Positions 55,063 through 63,527 of a stretch of DNA of 64,000 nt are shown here, one piece after another. Each line of letters opens with the position of its first letter. Position 1 is the first letter of the stretch. A program made the translations under genes and the position numbers. Source of the DNA: an uncultured bacterium (GTDB lineage Bacteria; Patescibacteriota; Minisyncoccia; Phycocordibacterales; UBA6065); the NCBI GenBank assembly GCA_966243015.1, contig CBIMES010000001.1, forward strand, positions 426,076 to 490,075, in the 5' to 3' direction. The notes beneath the pieces were generated by a model. The model worked only from the letters and a program-made list of their open reading frames with translations. It was not told the origin of the DNA and ran no database searches.

Positions 55063-55626
55063 TCAACCCCCTTGGACAAATTCGAAATAGTCCTCGAGGC
55101 GGAACGAGCCCTCCCTGCTGTCGGTCGCGTGGGCGATGAACCTGACGCCGTCGTGACGGGTGGCGACAAGCCGACAATACGGCGGACCGGACGGTATCGG
55201 CAGCCTCTCGAGCGCGACGGACACGATGTCCTGCGCCACGAGGCTGAGTATCCCGTTCGACACGCTCGCCGGAATGAATATCTCCAGGAACCATTCCGAG
55301 CCAAACGGCAGGTCGCCCTCGAGGGTGACGCCGCAGCCGTTGGACCAGGTGTAGAGAGGCTTCTCGTGGTGGTGAGGCCGGTAGAAGCAAGCGCCGAATG
55401 ACCCGAAGAAGAAGTTCTTGGAGAACTCATTCTTGTCCTTCGGCCAAGCGACGCCTTTTGCCTTGAACTGCGCCCGTATGCACTCCGCGAGCTCCCCGAT
55501 CTCGACCCATCCCCAGCTTTCGCAGCGGCGGTCTTCGGCGGAGACTCTGTCCGAGTTGATGGCAAGGTTGCGAACGCTCGGGCGCGCAACCGTGAACGAC
55601 ACTATCCCTTCCAATCTTCTTTTCAT
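55063..55626 (-). CDS. Hypothetical protein
   Basis: AAGGA SD before ATG; own upstream TTGACA and downstream terminator. Confidence 0.6.
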   Translation of the reverse strand: MKRRLEGIVSFTVARPSVRNLAINSDRVSAEDRRCESWGWVEIGELAECIRAQFKAKGVAWPKDKNEFSKNFFFGSFGACFYRPHHHEKPLYTWSNGCGVTLEGDLPFGSEWFLEIFIPASVSNGILSLVAQDIVSVALERLPIPSGPPYCRLVATRHDGVRFIAHATDSREGSFRLEDYFEFVQGG

Positions 55627-55782
55627 AGGTATCCTTGCCGCCTGCTGGCGGCTGTCTAGGATTCTGGAGAACCGACCCCGAGAGGGGTCTAGAGGGCTTC
55701 CGTCGCCATATTCCCCGAGAACGAGCGACGTGTCAATGAAAAGGCCCCGCTTTTCAGCGGGGCCTCGATGCCGGCGGACAGG

Positions 55783-56550
55783 CTAGGTCCTGGAATGCCG
55801 GTTGATGATGCGAACGCTCGCCTCGCCGCCACCCGTCGGAATAAACTTGACCGCGAGGGCGACACGATGCTCGGGATTGAGGGCTCTCCAGTATTCCCGG
55901 GCAATCTCCTCGATATCGCCCACGAGAGGAACGACGAGAGGCTCGCCCGTGAAGGACGGAAGCGGATCGCCGTCACCCGTGTAGGTGGTGACGAGCCTGC
56001 CGACGCCTTCGATGCCGAGCGGCCCGTCGCACCCGTGAGAGAACGAGAGAAACTCGGGAAAGATAGACCCTCGCATCCTCCTGATGACGACGAACTCGAC
56101 CAGATGGCTCCGGTCGGGGAATCTCCGATACAGGCCCGTGATCCGCGGCGTGAAGTTCGGATTGTCGGGCTCATAGGAGAACCGGTCCAGTCCGAGAAGC
56201 TCCGCGAGCGGGAGACACTGTTCGACGGTCTTCTCGACGCGCTCGTATACTGCGCTCGTCTGCCTGCCGTTGCTCACGACATGCGCCCAGCCGTCGTCCC
56301 GCATCGCGTCATAGATGACGAGCTCGGGATTTCCAGCCTTGGACTGGTCCGCGAACGCGGTTCGGACGCCGCCGTCGGCGTTCTCGAGAATCCGATTCCT
56401 GCTGTTGGGGCTCCTGCCGGTAATGAAATACACCTGCACGAAATGCGAGCCGGTGTCGTTGAATCCCATGGCGATCCCTCGCCCGGGATACATGTTGGCG
56501 GAGAGACCACGAAGGTTCAGCGCCAAGCGATCTGACAGTAAAGATGACAT
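55783..56550 (-). CDS. IMP cyclohydrolase-like protein (PurO/Ntn-hydrolase type)
   Basis: YPGRGI, YFITGRSPNSRNR, VSNGRQT, YEPDNPNFTPRITG, PLPSFTGEP. Confidence 0.85.
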   Translation of the reverse strand: MSSLLSDRLALNLRGLSANMYPGRGIAMGFNDTGSHFVQVYFITGRSPNSRNRILENADGGVRTAFADQSKAGNPELVIYDAMRDDGWAHVVSNGRQTSAVYERVEKTVEQCLPLAELLGLDRFSYEPDNPNFTPRITGLYRRFPDRSHLVEFVVIRRMRGSIFPEFLSFSHGCDGPLGIEGVGRLVTTYTGDGDPLPSFTGEPLVVPLVGDIEEIAREYWRALNPEHRVALAVKFIPTGGGEASVRIINRHSRT

Positions 56551-56696
56551 CTGACAACGATCCTTTCTTGGTTGTGCCCAAAGGGCGGTTTGCGTGACTG
56601 ACCCAAGACAAGCCTATCGCACGCCGGAGTGTTGTCAACGGAGAGTCCCGCGGCCCTTCCCTTTCCTGATACAATACAAGGCAACCAACACGCACC

Positions 56697-57116
56697 ATGC
56701 CAAACAACGAAATCACCGTCAGCACAGACATCAAGGCGCCGCTCGACGCGGCCTGGAAGGCCTTCACCGAACCCGAGGGCATTACGCAGTGGAACCACGC
56801 CTCGGACGACTGGAGGTGCCCGAGAGCCGAGAACGACCTGCGCGTCGGCGGCAGGTTCAACTACCGCATGGAGGCGCGCGACGGCAGCGAGGGCTTTGAT
56901 TTCGAGGGCACCTACACCGAGCTCATTCCCCGCTCGCGCATCTCGTACGCGCTCGACGACGGCCGCGCGGTTCGCGTCTCCTTCATGTCCGTGGACGACG
57001 GCGTGGTGCGAGTGACCGAGACCTTCGACCCCGAGAACCTCAACCCTCTCGAGATGCAGCGCGACGGCTGGCAGGCCATCCTCGACAACCTCAAAAAGCA
57101 CGTCGAGGGACAGTAA
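56697..57116 (+). CDS. SRPBCC/AHSA1-like protein
   Basis: WNHASDDWRCP.AENDLRVGG, GFDFEG, QRDGWQAILDN. Confidence 0.9.
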   Translation: MPNNEITVSTDIKAPLDAAWKAFTEPEGITQWNHASDDWRCPRAENDLRVGGRFNYRMEARDGSEGFDFEGTYTELIPRSRISYALDDGRAVRVSFMSVDDGVVRVTETFDPENLNPLEMQRDGWQAILDNLKKHVEGQ

Positions 57117-57163
57117 GGCGCTTCGCCGTACGGCGGCCCCGTGGGGCCGCCTTTTACGTTGCA

Positions 57164-57193
57164 TTGACTTACTTATTAAAAATGTGCTATAAT
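57164..57193 (+). promoter_or_regulatory. Strong sigma70-type promoter
   Basis: TTGACT-N18-TATAAT with TG extension. Confidence 0.7.
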
Positions 57194-57224
57194 TATATAC
57201 ATTAGGCTGTTAACTACTTCATCA

Positions 57225-57620
57225 ATGAACGATTTCAAGAGGAGGGGCGGTTTCGGGGGCAAGCGCGACGGTGACCGACGAGGCGGCTTTGGCCGGCCAA
57301 AGTTCGAGGGCGGCGGGCGACGATTCGGACGAACCCCTGCGGGCGCGGGCAGCTTCGGTCGCGAGACCGAGCTCTTCTCGGCAACCTGCGCGGAGTGCGG
57401 CAGGCAGTGCGAGGTTCCCTTCAAGCCAAACGGCAAGAAGCCTGTCCTTTGCAAGGACTGCTTCAGCCGAGGCGAGGGATCGGCGACGGCGCGACCGTCC
57501 TTCAAGTCAGCGCCCCGCGCGAGTGCGTCGGGCACGAGCGTCGACGAGCTCAAGGAGCGCATCGACGGCATGAACCGAAAGCTCGACGCGATCTACGACC
57601 TTCTCTCCCGAAATAGCTAA
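57225..57620 (+). CDS. CxxC-x17-CxxC zinc-ribbon protein
   Basis: ATCAECGRQCEVPFKP.GKKPVLCKDCF; RGG-rich N-terminus; coiled-coil C-terminus. Confidence 0.9.
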   Translation: MNDFKRRGGFGGKRDGDRRGGFGRPKFEGGGRRFGRTPAGAGSFGRETELFSATCAECGRQCEVPFKPNGKKPVLCKDCFSRGEGSATARPSFKSAPRASASGTSVDELKERIDGMNRKLDAIYDLLSRNS

Positions 57621-57631
57621 GGCACCGAAAG

Positions 57632-57662
57632 AAAAAGCCCGCACCTTACGGTGCGGGCTTTG
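57632..57662. terminator. Bidirectional terminator
   Basis: AAAAGCCCGCACC-TTAC-GGTGCGGGCTTT. Confidence 0.75.
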
Positions 57663-57681
57663 CTTTTGACGAAACGGCGAA

Positions 57682-58266
57682 TCACCATTCGACCCTGCCC
57701 CCGAGAACATACTGACCACGAGCGCCCGTGGGTAACAACACGTATCGAGCGCCGTCGATGTGATGGGCAACCAGATTATAGGCAAACACCGGCTCACCCC
57801 CGACGCACGCGCCCGTCGGATGACCCTTTGACGTTACGCGAACGATACCGATTTCGGCCAGAGATATGACAGCTTCGCAGAAGCCCGAGGGCAAGAACAC
57901 CGAACCGCCCACGGCCTCAGGGGGACGCTTGCTGCTGTGCGCCGCGTAGGAACCGTAGGTCACCCACGTGAGCACCTCCTTGCCGCCGGTGTGTCCGCAC
58001 AGGAGGCCGAACCGATCGAGAAACTCGGACAGCATGCTCACGGAAGGACCCGTGCGACGCTGCTCGCGCTCCTCTTTAATGACCAGGCCACACAGAAGCG
58101 AGGCGAGATCAGAGAATAGGGCCCACTTCCACGTCCGCAGATATGCGTGGTCGGAATCGAAGACGTTCGGGTCAGCTTCGTAGAGGGTCGGACGAATCCT
58201 TCTCAGACCCACCGGGGCCTCCACGACGCATGACAACTCGGGTGACACTGACATTGCTCCTGACAT
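57682..58266 (-). CDS. Hypothetical protein
   Basis: AAGGA SD before ATG; fills the gap between terminator and promoter region. Confidence 0.5.
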   Translation of the reverse strand: MSGAMSVSPELSCVVEAPVGLRRIRPTLYEADPNVFDSDHAYLRTWKWALFSDLASLLCGLVIKEEREQRRTGPSVSMLSEFLDRFGLLCGHTGGKEVLTWVTYGSYAAHSSKRPPEAVGGSVFLPSGFCEAVISLAEIGIVRVTSKGHPTGACVGGEPVFAYNLVAHHIDGARYVLLPTGARGQYVLGGRVEW

Positions 58267-58415
58267 AATGTTCCTTCCGCCGTCTGAGACGGCTTTCGAA
58301 GTTACGGAGAACCGGCCCCACGCGGGACCAAGAGAGTTTCCATGTCAGACAATGCATTTATTATAATAAAATGTCAATAACTACCCGGCAAAGGCGCCGT
58401 GATACGCTGTTTCCC

Positions 58416-58868
58416 ATGAACTACTGGCTGGTGAAAAGCGAGGGCGGCTGCTACTCGATCGACGATCTCAGGAAGGACCGAAAGACGCCGTGGACCGGCG
58501 TCAGGAACTTCCAGGCGCGCAACTTCATGCGAGACGGCATGAGAATCGGCGACGGCGTCCTCTTCTATCACTCGAACGCGAACCCGTCGGGAGTGTACGG
58601 AATCGCCCGCGTCGCCTCGGCACCGCATTCCGACCTCACCGCCCTCGACAGAAATGACGAACACTATGACCCGAAATCAACGCCGGACAAACCCATCTGG
58701 GAATGCGTCGACATCGCCTTCGAGGCAAAGCTCCACCGCCCTGTCTCGCTCGAGGACATGAAAAGAAACGCCAGGCTCACCAAGATGATCATCCTCCAGA
58801 AAGGCAGCAGGCTCTCTGTGACACCCGTGACTAAGGAGGAGTTCGAGGAGATCGCAAAGACGAGGTAA
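58416..58868 (+). CDS. EVE domain protein
   Basis: YWLVKSE, WTGVRNFQARNFMR, FYHSN, SRLSVTPV. Confidence 0.93.
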   Translation: MNYWLVKSEGGCYSIDDLRKDRKTPWTGVRNFQARNFMRDGMRIGDGVLFYHSNANPSGVYGIARVASAPHSDLTALDRNDEHYDPKSTPDKPIWECVDIAFEAKLHRPVSLEDMKRNARLTKMIILQKGSRLSVTPVTKEEFEEIAKTR

Positions 58869-58917
58869 AAGAAAAAGGCCCGCGCACTTCGTGCGCGGGC
58901 CCGATCGGTCACCCTTA

Positions 58918-59238
58918 TCAGGGCAACGCCCCTGCGGCGAGAGACCGCCTGAGCATATGGATGTAGGCTGAGTCGCGGGGAATCTTCCTTTTGACGATGA
59001 GCTCGAGCGTGTGATGAAGATGCGCCCGCTCGTCAACCAAGCGTCTCGTCTCCGAGCGCACGTTCCAGTGAGGGTCCCACTTCATAGTGTGGTCAATCTG
59101 CTCGTCGAGCCTAATTATCTGCTCGAAGACGACGAGGCGTTCCTCGACGCGAATTCTCCGGGCCTTCTCGAGACGCCAGAGAAAGAGGAACAGGACGGCC
59201 GGGGCGATGCTGACGATGAGGTATGTTGAGGAGATCAT
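58918..59238 (-). CDS. Single-TM hypothetical protein
   Basis: TTGACA-N17-TAGATT upstream; hydrophobic N-terminus; terminator at 58877-58901. Confidence 0.55.
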   Translation of the reverse strand: MISSTYLIVSIAPAVLFLFLWRLEKARRIRVEERLVVFEQIIRLDEQIDHTMKWDPHWNVRSETRRLVDERAHLHHTLELIVKRKIPRDSAYIHMLRRSLAAGALP

Positions 59239-59327
59239 GCTGATGAAAAATCTATACTCGCGCGGGCCCTTTGTCAAAATTGACGCCTGCGGGAGGAGGA
59301 GTATCATTCTCCCAAACCACCACACAC

Positions 59328-59642
59328 ATGACACTTGTCATCCGTGACCAGCTCATCAACCCACCCACGTGGTTCGCGTCGTTCCGGGACCTCACGCTCT
59401 ACTGCAACGTCTTCCTCAGAAGCGACATCGTCATAGAGAGCGACGACCCCGATCCCTACGTCAGATATATACGACCCCGCGGCGGCATGGACTTCGTGAG
59501 AGACTTCGTCCGCCCCGACAGCGAGGACGGGATTCGCCTCGACATCGCGAACACCAGACCGCGAACCATCGTGACAGACCGCATCTCGCCCGAGAACGTC
59601 CATCGGCTCATCGCCGGCATCAGGACGTGTCAGGGGCGCTAG
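59328..59642 (+). CDS. Hypothetical protein
   Basis: TTGACG-N16-TATCAT upstream; host-like codon usage; hairpin after the stop. Confidence 0.65.
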   Translation: MTLVIRDQLINPPTWFASFRDLTLYCNVFLRSDIVIESDDPDPYVRYIRPRGGMDFVRDFVRPDSEDGIRLDIANTRPRTIVTDRISPENVHRLIAGIRTCQGR

Positions 59643-59738
59643 ACGGCCAAACAGGGCGCGGCTCCTTACGGAGCCGCGCCCTTTCGCCTCTGTGGACAAC
59701 TCACTCCCCGCACCGTGCTCAGAGGGTACAATGAAAAT

Positions 59739-60269
59739 ATGAAGAACATCAGCACACAGCGCGGACTCAGCACCGTGGTCATCGCCCTTATTGTCGCCCT
59801 TCTCGCGGCGGCGGCAGTCTACGGCTACAAGAGCATGTACTCGTACAGGGACACGGCGTCGACAGAGACGAGCGTCACGTCAGGCACGACGACACAGGGA
59901 ACGGCGACCTCGACCGTCGACAGCCCCCTCCTCGGCACGCAGTGGTCATGGAAGTACTCGGACACTCCGGAAGGGAGCGTCACAGCCCCTGCCGGAGACA
60001 GGTTCGTCATCACCTTCAACGAGGACCGCAGCGTCACAAGCAGCACCGACTGCAACAGGATGACAGGCCGGTTCACGGTGAACGGTGAGATCCTCAGCTT
60101 CGGGCCGTTCGCCACGACCAAGATGTACTGCGCAGGCTCGCTCGAGGCTGAGTATGCCCGGCAGCTCGGCCTCACCGCGTCCCACATCATCCAGGGTCCG
60201 GAGCTCCGGCTCATCCTCCTGAAGGACGCGGGCACCATGGTATTCACCCGGAACTTCAAGGCTGAGTAG
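59739..60269 (+). CDS. META (HslJ-like) domain protein
   Basis: TDCNRMTG.F, FGPFATTKMYC; N-terminal TM after QRGLS. Confidence 0.85.
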   Translation: MKNISTQRGLSTVVIALIVALLAAAAVYGYKSMYSYRDTASTETSVTSGTTTQGTATSTVDSPLLGTQWSWKYSDTPEGSVTAPAGDRFVITFNEDRSVTSSTDCNRMTGRFTVNGEILSFGPFATTKMYCAGSLEAEYARQLGLTASHIIQGPELRLILLKDAGTMVFTRNFKAE

Positions 60270-60297
60270 GTTTAGAAGCACTAATCCAAACACGCCC

Positions 60298-60450
60298 ATG
60301 CTTTCAACAATCGCAATCATTCTTCTCGTCCTCTGGCTCCTCGGCATCGTCAGCTCCTACACCGTCGGAGGCTTCATCCACATCCTTCTCGTCATCGCCA
60401 TCGTCATGTTCCTCATCAGGATTATCCGCGGCGAGAATCCCGTCAAATAG
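60298..60450 (+). CDS. lmo0937-family small membrane protein
   Basis: Below the ORF-track cutoff: MLSTIAIILLVLWLLGIVSSYTVGGFIHILLVIAIVMFLIRIIRGENPVK. Confidence 0.88.
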   Translation: MLSTIAIILLVLWLLGIVSSYTVGGFIHILLVIAIVMFLIRIIRGENPVK

Positions 60451-60453
60451 GCA

Positions 60454-63117
60454 ATGAAGTGGCACTCCCTCTCGGCTACCGAGGCGTTCGATAGGCTCGA
60501 ATCCGCCGAACACGGGCTGACGGCAGCGGAGGCAGCGAACAGAGTCGCGTCACACGGCCGCAACGAGCTTGCGGAAGCGAAGACGGACTCTGTTTTCGCT
60601 CTCTTCCTGCGCCAGTTCCAGAGCCCCATTATCTACATCCTCCTCGCGGCGGCCGCGGTCATGTTCGTCATGAGCCACGCGAGCGACGCGCTCATCATCT
60701 TCGCCGTCCTCTTCGTCAACGCCGTCATCGGCGCCGTGCAGGAGGGTCGCGCCCAGAACACCCTCGTCGCCCTCAAGAACATGGTGAGGACGAACGCAAC
60801 GGTCATGCGCGAGCGACGCGAGACCATCGTGCCGTCCGAGGAGATTGTACCCGGAGACGTCATCGTCCTCCGCGAGGGAGACAAGGTCCCCGCGGACGCC
60901 CGCGTCTTCGCCGCGCAGTCACTCCAGATCGACGAGGCCGCCCTCACCGGGGAGTCTGACCCCGTCGCCAAGTCAATCGACGCCATCGCGCGAGAAGACG
61001 TCTCCCCTGCCGACCAGAGGAACATGGTCTTCAAGGGAACCTACGTCATCGGCGGCGAGGCGCGCGCCGTCGTCACGGACACGGGCGCCAGGACGCTCAT
61101 CGGAGGCATCTCCGAGAAGCTCAGCTCACTCGACACCGACATGCCGCTCAAGGCCGAGATCCAGTCGCTCTCGAGACTGGTCATCTTTCTCGTGCTCGGC
61201 GTCTGCGCCGCCCTCTTCGTCATCGGCGTACTTCGCGGCATCAGCTTCGCAGAGATGTTCCTCACGGCCGTGGCGGTCGCCGTATCCGCGATTCCCGAGG
61301 GCCTTCCCGTCGTCGTCACCATCGTCCTCGCCGCGGGCATGTACCGCATGAGCAGGCGCAACGCCCTCGTGCGCAAGCTGCAGGCAGTCGAGGCGCTCGG
61401 CCAGGCCAGCGTCATAGCCGTCGACAAGACAGGCACCATCACCATGAACCAGATGATGGTCGAGAGACTCTATGTGGACGGAAAGTCGTACGAGGTGCTC
61501 GGCAAGGGCTACGAGCCGACCGGCGAGATCACCGAGTCCGGCAACATCGTCGAGCCCCTCAATCATGAGACGCTCCTCCTCGCTGGACGCATCGCCTCCC
61601 TCACCGCCTCTGCGACCATCGCCTACGCGGACGATCTGAAGCAGTGGCAGAGAACGTCAGGCGACCCAACCGAGGCTGCCCTCATCTCCCTCTCGCAGAA
61701 GATTGGCTACGAGAAGGACGCCCTTCTGCGCGAGATGCCGAAGGTCCACGAGATCCCCTTCAGCTCGGCCATCAAGTTCCACGCCACCTCGCACGAGTCA
61801 GAGGGCAAGGTTGTCTTCTACATCGCCGGCGCCCCCGAGGTTATCCTCGAGAAGGCGACGCATGTGCACAGGAACGGAAAATCAGTGCCCTTTGGCGACG
61901 CAGAGCGTGAGGCGACGGCAAAGGCCCTCGCGGGCATGTCTCGCCTCGGCCTCCGCATCGTGGCGCTCGCGGCGCACCTCAACGCGCCTCGCGCCGTCGA
62001 CGCGACGGACCTCCCTGACCTGTGCTTCGTAGGACTCGCCGGCATCAGCGACACCGTGCGCACGGGCGTGCGCGAAGCGCTCGAGGCCGCGCATAAGGCG
62101 GGCGTGAAGGTTGTCATGATCACCGGCGACTATCCCGAAACCGCCCGCGCCATCGGCGAGAAGATTGGCATCTACGAGTCGGGCGACGACATCATCACCG
62201 GCAAGGAGCTCAGCAGCCTGTCAGAGGGCGAGCTCGCCGCGCGACTGCCGAAGACCAGCATCTTCGCCCGCGTGACGCCCGAGGACAAGCTCAAGATCAT
62301 AGAGGCGTACCGACGCCAGAAGATCATCATCGCCATGACCGGAGACGGCGTGAACGACGCCCTGTCGCTCGCCGCCGCGGACCTTGGCGTGTCCATGGGC
62401 AAGATTGGTACTGAGGTGGCCAAGGAAGCATCCGACATGGTGCTCCTCGACGACAACTTCGGCAGCATTGTCTCGGCCATCGAGGAGGGCCGTAACATCT
62501 ACCACACCATCAAGAAGGTCATCCTCTATCTCCTCTCGACATCCCTCGGAGAGGTCCTCACCATCACCGCCGCCATCGTTCTCGGCTATCCGCTTCCCCT
62601 GCTCGCCGGACAGATCATCTGGCTCAACTTCATCACCGACGGATTCCTGGTAGTGGCACTCGCGCTGGAGCCCAAGGAGGGCAACGTGCTCGGCCGTATC
62701 AAGCGACATACCACGGCCATGGTCAACCGTGCGATGGTAAACAGGATCGGCCTTATGAGCGTGTCCATGACGGCCGTCTCGCTCGCCCTCTTCGTCGCCT
62801 ACCTCGACCAGGGATTCGTCATCGCCTCGACCGTCGCCCTCACCACCCTTGCGGTCTGTCAGTGGTACAACGCATTCAACGTCAGGTCAGAGGTCAGGTC
62901 GGTCTTCAACAGGCACTTCTTTGGCAACCCCTTCCTCTTCGTCGCCCTCGCCGTCGTCGCGGGCCTTCAGGTGCTTGCCGTCTACTGGACTCCCCTTCAG
63001 GACCTCCTCCGCACGGCGCCGCTCGCCCTCAAGGATTGGTATGTGATATTAGGCTGGAGCCTTGTGGTCATCGCCACCGAGGAGATCAGGAAGCTTGTCG
63101 CCCGCCTAAGGAGATAA
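60454..63117 (+). CDS. P-type cation-transporting ATPase (type IIA, Ca2+-like)
   Basis: LTGES, IPEGLP, DKTGT, GDPTE, TGDGVND. Confidence 0.95.
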   Translation: MKWHSLSATEAFDRLESAEHGLTAAEAANRVASHGRNELAEAKTDSVFALFLRQFQSPIIYILLAAAAVMFVMSHASDALIIFAVLFVNAVIGAVQEGRAQNTLVALKNMVRTNATVMRERRETIVPSEEIVPGDVIVLREGDKVPADARVFAAQSLQIDEAALTGESDPVAKSIDAIAREDVSPADQRNMVFKGTYVIGGEARAVVTDTGARTLIGGISEKLSSLDTDMPLKAEIQSLSRLVIFLVLGVCAALFVIGVLRGISFAEMFLTAVAVAVSAIPEGLPVVVTIVLAAGMYRMSRRNALVRKLQAVEALGQASVIAVDKTGTITMNQMMVERLYVDGKSYEVLGKGYEPTGEITESGNIVEPLNHETLLLAGRIASLTASATIAYADDLKQWQRTSGDPTEAALISLSQKIGYEKDALLREMPKVHEIPFSSAIKFHATSHESEGKVVFYIAGAPEVILEKATHVHRNGKSVPFGDAEREATAKALAGMSRLGLRIVALAAHLNAPRAVDATDLPDLCFVGLAGISDTVRTGVREALEAAHKAGVKVVMITGDYPETARAIGEKIGIYESGDDIITGKELSSLSEGELAARLPKTSIFARVTPEDKLKIIEAYRRQKIIIAMTGDGVNDALSLAAADLGVSMGKIGTEVAKEASDMVLLDDNFGSIVSAIEEGRNIYHTIKKVILYLLSTSLGEVLTITAAIVLGYPLPLLAGQIIWLNFITDGFLVVALALEPKEGNVLGRIKRHTTAMVNRAMVNRIGLMSVSMTAVSLALFVAYLDQGFVIASTVALTTLAVCQWYNAFNVRSEVRSVFNRHFFGNPFLFVALAVVAGLQVLAVYWTPLQDLLRTAPLALKDWYVILGWSLVVIATEEIRKLVARLRR

Positions 63118-63131
63118 GGCCCCGCGCGCGC

Positions 63132-63166
63132 AAAAAGACCCCTGGAGGCTGAAAGCCCCAGGGGTC
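63132..63166 (-). terminator. Intrinsic terminator of the minus-strand ncRNA
   Basis: Minus strand GACCCCTGGGGCT-TTC-AGCCTCCAGGGGTC-TTTTT; the T-tract is on the minus strand only. Confidence 0.75.
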
Positions 63167-63453
63167 GAATGCGTCCGTTATGCTGCCTCCGGCCAACCTT
63201 GCGGTCGGCTACCCGTCATAGCCTTGGTGGGCTTTTACCCCGCCAACAAGCTGATAGGACACGAACGCCTGTGAAGTGCTCTTTGCGCGTGAAGCGTAAA
63301 GACTACGATGAACTCTGCGCGAGTTAGGAAACGCAGCCCCTCGTGATCCGGGAAGGTCCGGGACACCTTCCCTTATGCCCGAAGACATACTCCACTGTCG
63401 CTGATTCGCGTATTACTCGCACAAGCCCGAGGGCCTGGGCAGCGCTGGCATCT
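63132..63453 (-). ncRNA. Candidate ~320-nt structured RNA resembling the 16S rRNA 5'-domain core
   Basis: Minus strand CCTATCAGCTTGTTGGCGGGGTAAAAGCCCACCAAGGCTATGACGGGTAGCCG..GGAGGCAGCA (63181-63260) and GCGAGTAATACGCG (63407-63420) match 16S motifs; non-rRNA hairpins lie between them; own promoter and terminator. Confidence 0.75.
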
Positions 63454-63459
63454 ACTGAC

Positions 63460-63487
63460 AGTCTACGCACCTTTGACTTCGCGTCAA
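63460..63487 (-). promoter_or_regulatory. Sigma70-type promoter for the ncRNA
   Basis: TTGACG-N16-TAGACT on the minus strand. Confidence 0.6.
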
Positions 63488-63527
63488 ATCTTTGCCGTAA
63501 TCACTTTATTAGGGTAATCTGGGACAC

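Noticed and set aside
25506-59699. DnaA-box-like 9-mers (25506, 38268, 51274, 59691) as a replication origin
   Set aside because: They are single and scattered, one is inside a CDS, and there is no cluster or dnaA/dnaN nearby
63181-63420. A true 16S rRNA gene, tmRNA, RNase P RNA or SRP RNA
   Set aside because: Only two short 16S-like blocks lie within a ~410-nt gap between CDSs. There is no AGAGTTTGATC 5' motif and nothing rRNA-like past GGAGGCAGCA. I saw no tmRNA tRNA-like ends, RNase P GAGGAAAGTCC motif or SRP domain IV motif.
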